Shown: one piece after another, positions 1-12,800 of the stretch
Layout of the letters: each line of letters opens with the position of its first letter
Numbering within the stretch: position 1 is the first letter of the stretch
NCBI GenBank assembly: GCA_051313645.2
Contig: JBNRSN020000011.1
Span: 114,824,001-114,888,000, forward strand
Source: Centroscyllium fabricii
Lineage: Eukaryota
Direction: 5' to 3'
Length of the DNA: 64,000 bases
Notes under the pieces: generated by a model
The model's input: the letters and a program-made list of their open reading frames with translations, nothing else
Told to the model about the DNA's origin: nothing
Databases searched by the model: none
Position numbers and translations under genes: made by a program

Positions 1-760
1 GTGATCAAACACTTCACCATGCTGTTCGCCATTTTCGGTCTCCCCAGCTACATCCACAGCGACCGGGGGTCGTCGTTCATGAGCGACGAGCTGCGACAGT
101 TTCTGCTCCAGAAGGGGATTGCCTCGAGCAGAACGACCAGTTACAACCCCCGGGGGAACAGCCAGGGAGAATGGGACGATCTGGAGGGCGGTCACCCTGG
201 CCCTGAAGTCCAGAGGCCTTCCAGTATCCCTTTGGCAGCAGGTCCTCCCCAATGCGCTCCATTCCATCCGCTCTCTGCTGTGTACCACTACCAATGCCAC
301 ACCTCACGAATAATTGTTTTCCTTCCCCAGGAAATTGACTTCGGGGACAGCACTCCCGCTGTGGCTGACCACCCCGGGGCCAGTCTTGCTTAGGAAGCAC
401 GTCCGCGGCCAGAAGACGGATCCCCTGGTGGAACGGGTGCACTTGCTCCATGCCAACCTGCAATACACGTACGTGGCATACCCGGATGGGCGCGAAGACA
501 CGGTCACAATCAGGGTCCTGTTGCCTGCCGGGACCACGATCATGGAACCCCCGGTTGAGCCTCAGCTCCACCAGCCACCGAACAGTGGCCCCCATACACA
601 CACACACCGGGGCCCTCGACATCAATGGCCGATGAACAGAGGTCGGACATCGCACCGCTGCCACCATTGGCGGACAACACGACCCCGACCCCGCAACCCG
701 AACCACCATCACCGGCACCCCGTCGGTCCCTCAGGCAGACACGGCCACCTGAGAGACTGA
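1..760 (+). pseudogene. Gypsy/Ty3 retrotransposon integrase C-terminal part, frameshifted
   Basis: rve-core motifs FGLPSYIHSDRGSSFMS and TTSYNPRGNSQ; the frame shifts to WQQVLPNALHSIRSLLCTTTNATPHE and PGPVLLRKHVR, typical of Gypsy integrases. Confidence 0.85.
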
Positions 761-834
761 TCACAGAATGCTAATTTGCTGACTGTGTTAGCGCATGTTC
801 ACCCCGCCGGACTCATTTTTAAAGAAGGGGTGAA

Positions 835-1103
835 TGTGGTAAACCTGTATTTCACCACTGTATTGTACCACTGTAATGGTACCATAATGCACCACTGTAC
901 ATATGTAGATATCGGTATACAGGAGCCTGCCTCAGCTGACCCACCTCTGACTCCTCCCCTGAGTCCAGGTATATAGGTAATTGCCTACCATCCCCCGGTC
1001 AGTACAGACCCGAGCTCAGCTGAGACACGCTCCATTCTATAGTTAATAAAAGTCTTTAGTTGAGGTAACTATTCATCTTTGTGTCTTGATTGACGATACG
1101 TCA
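835..1103 (+). mobile_element. 3' LTR of Gypsy element A, inserted into the 5' LTR of element B
   Basis: Follows the polypurine tract aaagaaggggtgaa; TG...CA ends (tgtggtaaa...tacgtca); internal TATA-like and AATAAA motifs. Confidence 0.8.
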
Positions 1104-2129
1104 CTGATGATGCTAGACTCTACCTCTGCATCACCTCTCTATATCACCCCGGTGCTATCCGATTGCTTGTGCTCAATTCCAGTCTTGGCTGAGGCATAAC
1201 TTCTTCCAGTTCAACACTGGAATGACCAAAGCCATCATTGTGGTGCCTGTGTCTTTAAGGATTACACTGGGCACTGCATTATGTGATGTCACCATGCTGC
1301 AGTACCTTTACCAACCACTATCGTGTATATAAGCTCGTGTGTGCAGTTTCTATTTCAGTTCTGTTATGCTCTGCTGTGAGTTCCTGATTTTACTATGACA
1401 GTAAAGATCACCTTGTTTTCACCGTTGACCTGCGAGTCTGTCATTATTGTTCCCAGTTAGCGCGGATCCAATAATGGCGACGAGGTTGGTCGAACACCTA
1501 GCTGTGCAATCGGCTACACTGAGAAAGGATGAAAGTTCTTGCCTAAACTTATCCATCGACCACCAAGACACATCCTGCACCTCAAACCAAGGAGGGGCAG
1601 TGCCTTCAACGGGAGGAACCCGTAGGCCTACACTCAACAACGGGAGTGGCGAGGCTCTTCACTCCAGGCAGCAGGAATTGGCATCTGGAGCAACCAAAAC
1701 CAACAGTAGCCAGCAGAAGCTCAACGACAGCAGGCAACAGAAATCGGCAACAGCAGCCAACAGAATTCACCAGCAGCAGCCATCAGCAACAGCAGCCAGC
1801 AGAAACTCACCGACAGCAGGCAACAGAATTCGACAACAGCAGCCAACAGAATTCGACAGCAGGAACCAGCAGAGTCCAGCATCGACGACAGTCAGCAAGA
1901 TCCGGCAAGGAAGGCCAACAGCGCGCCGGGTTTCCAGCTCCACAGCGGCAGGTAGGCCACTGAGCACAACCCAGCTAACTGAAGGGGTCGTCGAGAATCA
2001 GGGTTGGTTCTCCGACCAGCAGAAAAATAAGAAAAAAAAAATCATCGCGACCAGGTGTTAAGCATAAAGCTTTTGCTCCGACTGCGGGCGGAAGCTAAAC
2101 CCAGCGGGGAAGAGGCGCACAAGGCGGGG

Positions 2130-2470
2130 AGACGCCATCTTTTGGTGCGAAAACGCCGGAAGAGATGCGCAGGGGCGGGACCAGATGCCATCTTAGCATG
2201 GGAAGAAAACCGAAGAGACGCGCAGGGGCAGGACCAAACGCTATCTCAGTGCAGGAAGAAAACGGAAGAGACACGCAGGGGCGGGACCAGACGCCATCTC
2301 AACGTGGGAAGAAAATGGAAGAGACGCGCAGGGACGGGACCAGACGCCATCTTAGCGCAGGAAGAAAATGGAAGAGATGCGCAGGGGCGGGACCAGAAGC
2401 CATCTTAGCACGGGGAGAAACCAGGAAGATGCCGGAAAAGACACAGAGGTGTGGGACAAGACGCCATTTT
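2130..2470 (+). repeat. 53-bp tandem repeat in the leader of element B
   Basis: The motif (a)cgccatct recurs at 2185, 2238, 2291, 2344 and 2397 (period 53); most units also carry ggggcggg. Confidence 0.85.
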
Positions 2471-2486
2471 ACCCCAATAAATAAAG

Positions 2487-3660
2487 ATGGATCAAGAAAA
2501 TGTACCACAAGAGGCAGCTAGAGCCCGACAAAATAGAACAACACCAAATGGGTTTGGGATGTTTCAGTCCAGGAGAGAGGACTGGAAAGCATACTTAGAA
2601 CGGTTCGATATATACTGCGAGGTACAGGCAGTAACCAACAAAAACAAACTAAAAGTTTTGTTAAATGCAGTAGGTCCCGAAACTTATGGGCTACTACGAA
2701 CACTGGTAGCTCCAGAGAGACCAGCAGACAAATCACTTCAGGAAGTGAAACACATTTTAAAAGAAAATCTAAACCCCACACCCCCTTTTTTCGCGGAACG
2801 ATTTAAATTCTTTAAAAGGGAACAACAGAAAGGGGAGTCACAATCTGAATACCTGACAGAGCTTAGACGCTTGTCAAAACACTGCGAGTTTGGGGACGAG
2901 TTACTGAACTATTTAAGAGAGATTTGTTTGTGGCATCATAGATGAGGCCACTCAGAAGAGATTGCTGGCTAAAAAGACGCTCACGTTAGAGCAAGCCATC
3001 GAAATAGTCACAGCCCATGAGGCAGCTGCAGCAGGGGCAGCACAGTTAAGAAACAGTGGGGGTTGTGTGGAAACCCATGAAATTACGATGCGCACGTAAA
3101 AGTGCTACCGGTGTGGAAAGTCCACACACGATCAAAGCAATTGCTGGGCCAAAGATAAGGATTGCAGGCAGTGTGGCAAGATAGGCCACATTGCAGCGGT
3201 TTGTCGGTCAGGAAGACAAACAAAAGGGGTAAGGCGGCAAACCCAAAAGCAGGGCGGGGCCAGGAAGGTCCACAACATTACTGAGGACGGTTCGGAGAGC
3301 GAACCAGATGACCTGGGCAGAGAACATTGGGGGCTGGGAAGCCTAAAAGTCCACAACATGGGCGCACAAGCTGACCAGGAGGTTATGTGGAATTACCTCA
3401 GGGTGGCAGGAGTACCCATATCAATGGAGCTAGACACAGGGTCAGCTCTGTCAGTTATAAATGAACAGTTTTACAAAAAGACGTTTAAAGGAATACACGG
3501 GATAAAAGTTTAGGACTTTGGGGAGGTTGCCCGTCTCAGTTCGATACGAAGTTAATCAGACTAAAGGTCTTTACCTATATGTCTTGAAGGATGGTGGAGC
3601 ACCACTCTTGGGACATGAATGGATAAACAAAATCCATATAGATTGGAACTTGACCCATGA
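2487..3660 (+). pseudogene. Gypsy gag (CCHC zinc knuckles) and aspartic protease, disrupted
   Basis: EDWKAYLERF...AERFKFFKREQ gag motif; KCYRCGKSTH...C and CRQCGKIGHIAAVC knuckles; MELDTGSALSVI protease motif near 3423; LLGHEW flap; frameshift near 2920 and a stop near 3098. Confidence 0.85.
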
Positions 3661-4717
3661 CTTACACATAAAGGGCGAAGAAAATAATACAGCCACGTCA
3701 GACAGACTGGATGCACACCAGAGGCATATCTCCCGTCTGACTCTGGGGCTACAAGAAGCCCGAGACCAAATTGATTTGTTGCGGACTGCACAGAGCGAGT
3801 GGAAGCATCAACACAGACGATCACGGTTGAACGGAGCACTTCAGACAACTGAAGGAGGGGCTTTGAGTGAACTGACCCAGGGTCCTGATCTGGCTGAACC
3901 AAAAGACGGCACATTGCCTTATGGTGCTGGACTGAGTTATGCACCTCCATCACGGGTATCGGCAAGCACCCCAGACACACACAGGGGCTGCAAGGACTTG
4001 GCTAACAATAACCAGAGCCCAGTAGTCGACTCTAAATCTGGGAAGAACGTTAATAAGAAGAAAGGTCTTCTAAATAACCTTCCTGTGATTTCCAATAGGA
4101 CTTCTACTTCAGAAAGTTGCTCAGTCCCTGATGGTGTCTCTACTTCAGAAATACTCAAACTTGAATTGAACGATAAGACTCATGTCAAGGACAAGGAGAT
4201 CAGTTGTCTCCGGATTAGTTTCGAAGGTCAAGTGAAATTTCTGCAAACTGAGCTACAAACCTCCAAAGCTACAGTGGCTGCTTCACAGGACAGGAATGAG
4301 TCACTGGAGGAGATGCACAAAGAAATGAACCAACTTAAGGTGCAGATGCAGGAGTTGCATGAAACAAACAAGGCACTGCAAGACTATTTGGATGAGGCCA
4401 AGGAACAAAATAAGGATCTTCAGACACAGCTGAGCTCCAAAATAACTGCCTACGAGAGCAAATTGGAGCAGCTCTCAACTGGCAGGGAAGAAAAGTGCTT
4501 GGTGGCAATAGCCAAGCAACAAGAGACTGAGAAGAACCTGTTGGTGGCAATAGCCAAGCAACAAGAGACTGAGAAGAACCTGCTAGTAGTGCGGAACCTT
4601 CTTAAACAGTCAACTGAAGAGGTTGATGGACTTAAGGAGAAACTGGCTGTAATGGAGCAGGAGAAAGAGCTATTGGCGGAAGGTAAAGCGGAAGTGGAAA
4701 GAAAACGTGATTGCTGA
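3660..4717 (+). CDS. Open frame continuing the protease C-terminus, encoding a long predicted coiled coil of unknown origin; occupies the normal pol position
   Basis: ORF 3518-4717 (399 aa), rich in E/K/Q/L heptads, with a 42-nt internal duplication (VAIAKQQETEKNLL twice); no RT, RNaseH or integrase motifs before the PPT. Confidence 0.5.
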
Positions 4718-5744
4718 ACTCGGGAAACTGGGATGGTTGGTGGGGACAGCTGAAGAGCAAGGCTATCCAGAGATGACGGACGCCGAATGGCTTGGAGGAC
4801 ACGACTACCAGTTTGCCGATGAAAGCCATACAGTCAAGGAACCGACCACGAAAGCAAAGAAACAACACCGTCGGAGAAAAACTAGAAATCGTTAAATGTT
4901 AAAATTGTTAACAATGTTAGAACGTTCAAATGTACAGAGTGGATGTAACTAGAAATTGTTAAATGATAACAATTTTATCATTTAACAATTTTAACTATGT
5001 TAGAACATTCAAATGTAAAGAGTGGATGCACCATGTTAAGGAAGAGTACAATGTGACAAATGTACGTTAATTATTGTTGTAAAAATGTTATTTCAATTTA
5101 GAGAATGTAACGTGTAATGTTCGAGCTAAAAATATTGTTTGTATGAAAAAGGTTACACTGAGTGGAATGGTGTTAAAAATGATGGTAAGAGACTAACTAG
5201 CATCGAACAATGTATATAACAAAAGTTAACTGTTGTACCCCCTTGTATACTTATCATCGAACAATGTATGTAACAAAAGTTAATTGTTATACTCCCAAGT
5301 GTACTTATCATCGTACCTGTACGATTGAGTTAGGAAGGGAGGAATGTGGTGTATGGACAACATACACATATATACTGATGATGCTAGACTCTACCTCTGC
5401 ATCACCTCTCTCTATCACCCTGGTGCTATCCGATTGCTTGTGCTCAATTCCAGTCTTGGCTGAGGCATAACTTCTTCCAGTTCAACACTGGAATGACCAA
5501 CGCCATCATTGTGGTGCCTGTGCCTTTAACGATTACACTGGGCACTGCATTATGTGACGTCACCATGCTGCAGTACCTTTACCAACCACTATCGTGTATA
5601 TAAGCTCATGTGTGCAGTTTCTGTTTCAGTTCTGTTATGCTCTGCTGTGAGTTCCTGATTTTACTATGACAGTAAAGATCACCTTGTTTTCACCGTTGAC
5701 CTGCGAGTCTGTCGTTATTGTTCCTAAATAGCGCGGACCCAATA

Positions 5745-7380
5745 TCCGGAAGTCTGTAAAGTGCCTAATCGGAAGATGAGGTGCTGTTCCTCGAGCTTAC
5801 ACTGAGCTTCCGTGGAACAATGCAAGAGGCCGGGATTGGTGAGGTCATAGTGGGAATGGAGTGGTGAATTGAAATGACAGGTGACCAGAAACTCGGGGTC
5901 AGCCTTTTGGATGGAATGGAGGTGTTCCGCAAGGCAGTCATCCGATCTGCGTTTGGTCTCCCCAATGTAGAGGAGACCACATTGTGAGCAGCGAATACTG
6001 TATACTAAATTGCAAGAAGTACAAGTAAATCGCTGTTTCACCTGGAAGGGGTGTTTGGGGCCCTGGACAGTGGGAAGGGGGGAGGTATAAGGGCAGGTGT
6101 TGCATCTCCTGCGCTTGCACGGGAAGGTGCCGGGCGAAGGGGAAGGGGAATGATAGAGGAGTGGACTAGGATGTCTCGGAGGGAGTAGTTCCTACAGAAT
6201 GGGAGGGGAGGGGAAGATGTGTTTGGTGGTGGGATCATGTTGGAGGTGGCGGAAATGGCGGAGGAGGATGATCCATTGAATGTGGAGGCTGCTGGGGTGA
6301 AAGGGGAACCCTATTGTGGTTCCGGGAGGGTGGGGCAGGGGTGAGGGCAGAAGTGCGGGAGATAGAACGAAAACGGTCGAGGGCCGTGTCAACCACAGTA
6401 GAGGGGACTCCTCGGTTGAGGAAAAAGGAAGACATGTCAGAAGCACTGGTTTGGAAGGTGGCATCATCAGAGCAGATGTGGCGGAGATGGAGAAACTGGG
6501 ATAATGGAATAGAGTCCTCACAGGAGGTGGGGTGGGAGGAAGTGTAGTCCATGTAGCTATGGGAGTCAGTGGGCTTGTAGTGAATGTTGGTCAATAACCT
6601 ATCCCCAGAGATGGAGACAGAGAAGTCGAGGAAGGGAAGGGAAGAGTCGGAGATGGACCATGTGAAGGTGAGGGAAGGGTGGAAATTCGAGGCAAAGTGA
6701 ATGAAATTGTCTAGTTCAGGGCAAGAGCAGGAAACGGCACCGATACAGTCATCAATGTACTGGGAAAAGAGGTGAGGGAGGGGACCCGAGTAGGACTTGA
6801 ACAAAGAGTGTTCCACATATCCCACGAAAAGGCAGGCATAGCTCGGACCCATGCGGGTACCCACAGCAACACCTTTAATTTGGAGGAATGAGTGGAGTCA
6901 AAGGAGAAGTTGTTCAATGTGAGAACAAGTTCAGCCAGGCGGAGGAGGGTGGTGCTGGATGGGGACTGGTCAGGCCTCTGTTCAAGGAAGAAGCGGAGCG
7001 CCCTCAGGCCATCCTGGTGGGGGATGGAGGTATAGAGGGATTGTACGTCCATAGTGAAAAGGAGACGGTTGGGGCCTGGAAACTGGAAACTGTTAAAATG
7101 GCGGAGGGCGTCAGAAGAGTCATGGATGTAGGTGGGAAGAGACTGGACAAGGGGAGAAAAAATAGAGTTGAGATAGGAAGAGATAAGTTCCGTGGGGCAA
7201 GAACAGGCTGAAACGATAGGTCTACCAGGGCAGTCCTGTTTGTGGATCTTGGGAAGGTGGTAGAAGTGGGCTGTGCGGGGTTGGGAAACGATGAGGTTGG
7301 TGGCTGTGGGGGGAGGATCTCCAGAGGAGATGAGGTCAGTGACAGTCCTGGAAACGGTGGCTTGATGTTCGGTAGTGGTC
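5745..7380 (-). mobile_element. Penelope-like element: RT and GIY-YIG endonuclease, frameshifted
   Basis: MDVQSLYTSIPH, MGTRMGPSYACLFVG, YIDD, LPFLD RT motifs; FTCTSCNLVYSIRCSQCGLLYIGETKR GIY-YIG motif. Confidence 0.9.
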
Positions 7381-7559
7381 TTTTGGTCTCCACCTTTGGC
7401 TCTCTGTCAATTTTATTGTCTGATTATGCTCGTGAAGTGCTTTTGGATTTTTTACTACATTAAAGTCGCAATATAAAGGCAAATTGTTGTTGTTAAGTTA
7501 TATCTCTAAGTAAATTACCTACCCAAGCAGTTCAGGTGACATCATAAGCCATTATCTAC

Positions 7560-8030
7560 ACAAAGAAAAAAGACTACCATTTATATAGCACCTTTCACGA
7601 CTGCCGGACATCCCAAAGTGCTTTACAGTCAATGAGGCACTTTCTTTTGAAGTGTAGTCACTGTTGTATTTACGAAACGCGGCAACCAATTTGCGCACAG
7701 CAAGCTCCCACAAACAGCAATGTGATAATGACCAGATAATCTGTTTTTTTTGTGATATTGAGGGATCAATATTAGCCAAGACTTCAGAAAGAACTCCCAT
7801 GCTCTTATTCAAAATAGTGCCATGGGATCATTTATGTCCACCTGAGAGGGCAGATGGGGCCTCGGTATAACGTCGCAACCAAAAGACAGCATCTCCAACA
7901 GTGCACCATTCCCTCAGCACTGCACTGGAGTGTCAGCCTAGATTTTGTGCTCAAGTTTCTTGAATCTTGAATCCCACTGAAGAAACTTGAGAATCTTGAA
8001 TCCACTCCACAGAGCTACGGCTAACACTAA
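7560..8030 (-). mobile_element. SacSINE1/Deu-SINE-like SINE
   Basis: Reverse complement of the element at 59185-59620; L2-like tail (ttatatagcacctttcac) and Deu-like core (gtgtcagcctagattttgtgctcaag). Confidence 0.7.
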
Positions 8031-9189
8031 GAAACCAGTATATTTATAAACCAATTTTGCTGCTAAATGAAGCATTGGGTCTGAGGAGGTTGGACAGGTG
8101 CACTGACCATATTAATCATATTGGCCATGACAATCCACAGGCCTTCGGGTTTACTCCTGCTGGATATTGGACAGGAGTGTGCTAGAAGGCCCACATATTA
8201 GGCTGGGACCCAGATGCTGTATTCCAGCCACCGCTGCAGAAGTTTCAAATCTGTAAAAATGATTTGACAGAAATAACCAATAATTGATAGTTTTAAATAC
8301 TATATTACATAAAGTAAGTTGTCCTTCTGATCACACTTGTTTCTTGTGATTTTTTTTTTAAGGCTTGTTTGGCACATATTGGAACACCAGTCACTGCATT
8401 GCAATGATAGCGTTATTATGGTCAACTGCCGGATTGCTAAATTATCAATCTCAGTTGTACTGCTATGGGGAGGTAGCCTCGCCCATCCCCCTCTGGGGAA
8501 GGGGAAGAGTCACCTGAGGCTGTTGTCATATCTCCCAATGTTATATTTAAAATTCAAATAGTCAAACCAATATTGTGGTTGCCAGTGATGCTGGGCTGTC
8601 TGAATTCAATCCCAATCGTTCAGCCTGCACTTCCTTGAGACACCACTGTGGTTTCTTTTAATAATGAAACTGTGTTTACCTTGATAAATTTATATTATGT
8701 TGGGAACTTCACCATATCAGAAACCAGGTGATTAATATCGGCATTAAAAACTAGGCAGACGTTAAATTAAAGGTAAACGGAAGAAAGCAGAAGTAGATTC
8801 ATCTTTGCAGAACAAGAAAATGATCGATTACGCCAAACAGTTTAAAACTGTTGGTCCCTGCAATTTTTCTTCTAAAATTTAATTACAAGTATTATAAGCC
8901 AATAAAACAGAGTGAATTATTTCTTATTTAAAATGTTGCTCATGTCTCCCCTCTGCAAAGTGCCTAGGGATGTTTTTCCATGTTAAAGGCACAATATAAA
9001 TTGGTGGAATTGTACCTTGTATCAAAGTACAGGGGAACTGCACACCAGCAAAAGACTTCAGAAGAGGGAGAAGATGGTGAAAATATATATTTTTTAACTA
9101 TTCATGTCAGAGGATGCTATAGCAATTCGGAGCCTATGCCAATACCTAAACCCTTCCCTTTTCTATCACATGATGCAAAACTCCATGGT

Positions 9190-10640
9190 AATTCAATTCA
9201 ATTAAATTCAACTTTATTGTCATTGTACAGTGCACAAGTACAGTACAACAAAAAGTGAGCTTGCAAGCTCCTAAGATACAGTGCTAATAGTCATTAAGTG
9301 TGACATTGAAATGTAACAGTGGTGCAAGTAGTCATAATGTAAACAATGTAAGTGTAAACAGTGGAGGTACACAGTATATATATTGCACAGCTCCCGTAGG
9401 TTAAGGTGACTGTAGTTGAGGTAGCATGGGGTATTGATCTAGGTAAGTACAAAGTATACAGAGTTATAGAAACATAGAAGATAGGAGCAGGAGTAGGAGT
9501 AGGCCATTCGGCCCTTCGAGCCTGCTTCGCCATTCAATTAGATCATGACTGATCTTTCAGATTCGGTACCCTGTCCTTGCCTTCTCCCCATATCCCTTGA
9601 TCCCTTCAGCCTGAAGAAATATATCCAACTCCTTCTTGAATATATTCAATGAACCGGCCTCCACCGCCCTCTGTGGCAGAGAATTCCACAGGTTCACCAC
9701 TCTCTGGCTGAAGAAATTTCCCCTCATCTCAGTCCTAAATGGCTTTCCCCTTATCCTTAGACTGTGACCCCTGGTTCTGGATTCTCCCACCATCGGGAAC
9801 ATCATTCCTGCCTCCAGTAAGCCCAGGCCTGATAGAATTTTATAGGTTTCGATGAGATCACCTCTCAATCGTCTGAACTCCAGTGAGTATAAGCCCAATT
9901 GACTCAATCTTTCCCCATACGTCATTCCTGCCATCCCAAGGTGCAAATAGCAGATGAGCAAGGGCTGGGGAGCAAATGGGCGGATAGTGCAGTGTGTGGG
10001 GTTGGGGGGGGGTGCCGATGGTAGGCAGAGTTAGTGATGAGTGACAGAGTTCAGCTGGGTAACAGCCCTAGGGAAGAAGCTGTTCCTGAGCCTGGTCGTG
10101 CGGGCTCGAATACATCTGTAGCGCCTCCCAGATGGCAGGGGGGCAAACAATCTGTGGCTGGGATGGGTGGGGACCCTGGTGATGCCGAGTGATCCCCGCA
10201 GGCAACGTTTCTGGTAAATGTCCTGAATGGCAGGTAGCTGAGTGCCGGTGATGTACTGGGCAGTTTTGACTAGCCGCTGCAGGGCTTTCCGGTCAGAGGT
10301 GGAGCAGCTGCCACACCACACCGTGATGCAGTTCATCAGGATGCTCTCTATTGTGCAGTGGTAGCAGTTGGAGAGAAGCTGGGAGGACAGGTTGACTCTC
10401 TTCAGCCTCCGCAGGAAGTATAGGCGCTGCTGAGCCTTCTTGACCAGAGAGGAGGAGTTGAGGAACCATGAGAGGTCCTCCGTAATGTGAACACCCAGGA
10501 ACTTGAAGCTGCAGACCCTTTCCACCTCAGCCCCATTGATGTAGATCGGGTGTGTCTGCTGCCTCTGGACTTCCTGAAGTCCACAATGAGCTCCTTGGTC
10601 TTCTTGGTGTTGAGAGCCAGGTTGTTGTCAGTGCTCCATG
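9190..10640 (-). mobile_element. Rex1/Babar LINE 3' portion, interrupted by a CR1 fragment
   Basis: NNLALNTKKTKELIVDFRK, FKFLGVHI, KKAQQRLYFLRRL, RTTRLRNSFFPRAV; (ttgaa)n-type tail with tacaatgacaataaa. Confidence 0.85.
9465..9938 (-). mobile_element. CR1 LINE 3' fragment
   Basis: YGERLSQLGLYSLEFRRLRGDLIETYKI and RTRGHSLRI motifs; tail ...ctatcttctatgtttctat. Confidence 0.9.
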
Positions 10641-11001
10641 CCTGGATGGCTATAATGCAGTCAGAAAAAGTTGGCTGTGTACCCAAATCTCGTGAAACAG
10701 CACGAGCAGTTTAGAACCAAGAAATATATTCAGAATTTCAGTGCTCCCAGCTCATGACCACACAGTTTCCATATAGTGCACATTTTTCTGTATTTTGCTT
10801 GTTGTTTTTTCTGTATTGCTGTGTTTAACTGTGAAAATGTATCAGGAAAAACAAGAAAATTATGAAATTGCAGAGATTTTGCTAATTAATAAAGAAATAC
10901 AGCACTTGATACTTTAGTATCTGGTAAATGCATAGTTACCACTTCTTTAATTAAGTTTGTGTGTTGAAAATTGCTATTTTATTAATACTTGGCGATATTA
11001 C

Positions 11002-11480
11002 TGTCATAGGTTGGCTCTTCCCCTTTAACTGGTTATCACCTCGTTAGCTCTACTGCCTGCACCTGATTGAACAGCCCAGAGTCACCAGTGATAATCACGA
11101 GCTGTATATAAGCCCCTGCTTTCTACCTGGTGGTTGCCAGATCATTTGTGCTTTCTGACTGAGATAACCTGTGTTTTGTTCTAAGCTCTCTGATCCTGCC
11201 TGTGCGAGATACTGACCTGCTTTCTGGAATTTGGATTCTCTTCTGCCTGACCTCGTTTGGATTTGTCGCTCTCGTGGACTGACTACCGGTATTGATCTGT
11301 TTTTGGTATTTGGATTCTCTTCTGCCTGACCTCTGTTTTGAACTTGTTGCCTCCGTGAACTTTCTGCCTATATATCGACCCACTGTTACCTATGTCTTCT
11401 ACTGCTCAGAAATAAAGGCGTTTACTTCTACGTATGCTGTTTCGGTGTATTGCATTTGGGCCCAACCTACACCCGTTACA
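11002..11480 (+). mobile_element. Solo LTR
   Basis: TG...CA termini (tgtcat...gttaca), 5-bp TSD attac on both sides, TATA-like and AATAAA motifs, internal short repeats. Confidence 0.8.
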
Positions 11481-12030
11481 ATTACAGTGGAGAATGCTTA
11501 CATGCTGCCTAATTGTGATATGCATATCCCAGTTTCCTACTCACTGTCAGTGGTAATGCTGATGAATTAGACACGAAGACATATCTATCATTTATGTCCT
11601 GGTTGACTTTCTCGGCTCTATCTATACAGACGTGTATTTTCCTTTCCAAATATAGGAAATTCTGCAGATACGAAAGCACTGCAGCTTGTTTATCAATTTA
11701 AAAAAAATGTATTTTGAGCTATTTTTGTGCCCCTCAGAGGCTGCCAGTGCTCCTTGTGCTATCAGAGTGTGTGGTACGTACTTGATAACCTTCACAAGTG
11801 TACTGAAATATATTGCACTATAATTTATCAGGGATAAGTGGGCTAGATTCATGACTGGTCTTTCACCAGCATGCTATGAAACTTTATTATGTGCAGCATT
11901 AGTGATTATTTCACAAAGGCTAAAATACAAGGAAGAACTTGCAATTATATAGCACTTTATCACAATTTCAGAATGTCACAGAGTCCTGCACAATCAGTGG
12001 ATTACTTTTGTCATGCAGTCATTGTTATTA

Positions 12031-12800
12031 TGGCCCAGAAATTAGCCTTGGAGCCTTCCTGTGAGTGCAAAGTTCCAAGGTACACTTACCCTGCACTTTT
12101 GCCGTTTTGAAATTCTACGATGTGAACTCCCGAGTTGTACAGCTGGTGTAAGTTCTAAGCGACCTGCTGGTGCAAGTCAACGGCGCAATTAGTCCAAGAT
12201 ATCGCACGAGACCACGTGATCGGCAGGGAGCCAATCAATGGAAGCAATCCTCCATTCAAAACTTACACGGAGAAATCTGTGTACGTTTTGAAAAGGAAGA
12301 GCTTCAAAAACACATCTAAACACAAAAATAAAATTTTAAAAACACCACATTTTTTTAACAATACTCTAACTAACATAAATTACCTATTTTAAAGAAAAAG
12401 TAAAAATTTAGAATTTTTTTTTAAAGTCTTTAACTGGCCTAAAAGAATACTTACCTGTCTTTAAAGTTTAAAAAAAATTAAAAACCTGTAAAAACAATAC
12501 TTAACTTCTATAAAATAAAGACTTACCTGCTAAAAACGAGTGCTTACGTCTGATATTTTTAAGTGTAAAATCTTCAATACTTACCCCGATTAAAAAAACT
12601 CGAGAAAAAATCGGAAGTGCACTGCGCACCTCCTGGTGCGCAGGCGAACGCGATCCAGCTTGCAGCAGCTCTTGACCCCCTGCTGGCTGCCTTCGGAAAT
12701 ACAGGTAGCAGCTGGAAACGGCTGCTCCCTGCAATTCGGAGTTCAGGTGCGCTAACACCCGGCTCCAAAACCTCCTGCGCTCATCGGAATTTCTGGCCCA
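12031..12800 (-). mobile_element. PIF/Harbinger-type MITE, family A
   Basis: TIRs tggcccagaaatt / aatttctggccca; TTA target duplication; interior matches 13080-13796 in the opposite orientation. Confidence 0.75.

Larger units (their letters stand above)
1104..5744 (+). mobile_element. Non-autonomous Gypsy-type LTR retrotransposon B (LTR-PBS-gag-protease-coiled-coil ORF-PPT-LTR)
   Basis: Highly similar direct repeats at 1104-1473 (5'-truncated by element A) and 5345-5744; PBS tggcgacgagg at 1475; PPT gagttaggaagggaggaa just before 5345. Confidence 0.9.

Noticed and set aside
1104-1135. ctgatga followed by a hairpin in the LTR, resembling a hammerhead core
   Set aside because: There is no GAAA after the stem and no stem I/III.
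1447-2521. ORFs of 100-200 aa in the element B leader
   Set aside because: They arise from CAG-rich and 53-bp repeats that lack stop codons, and show no recognisable domain.
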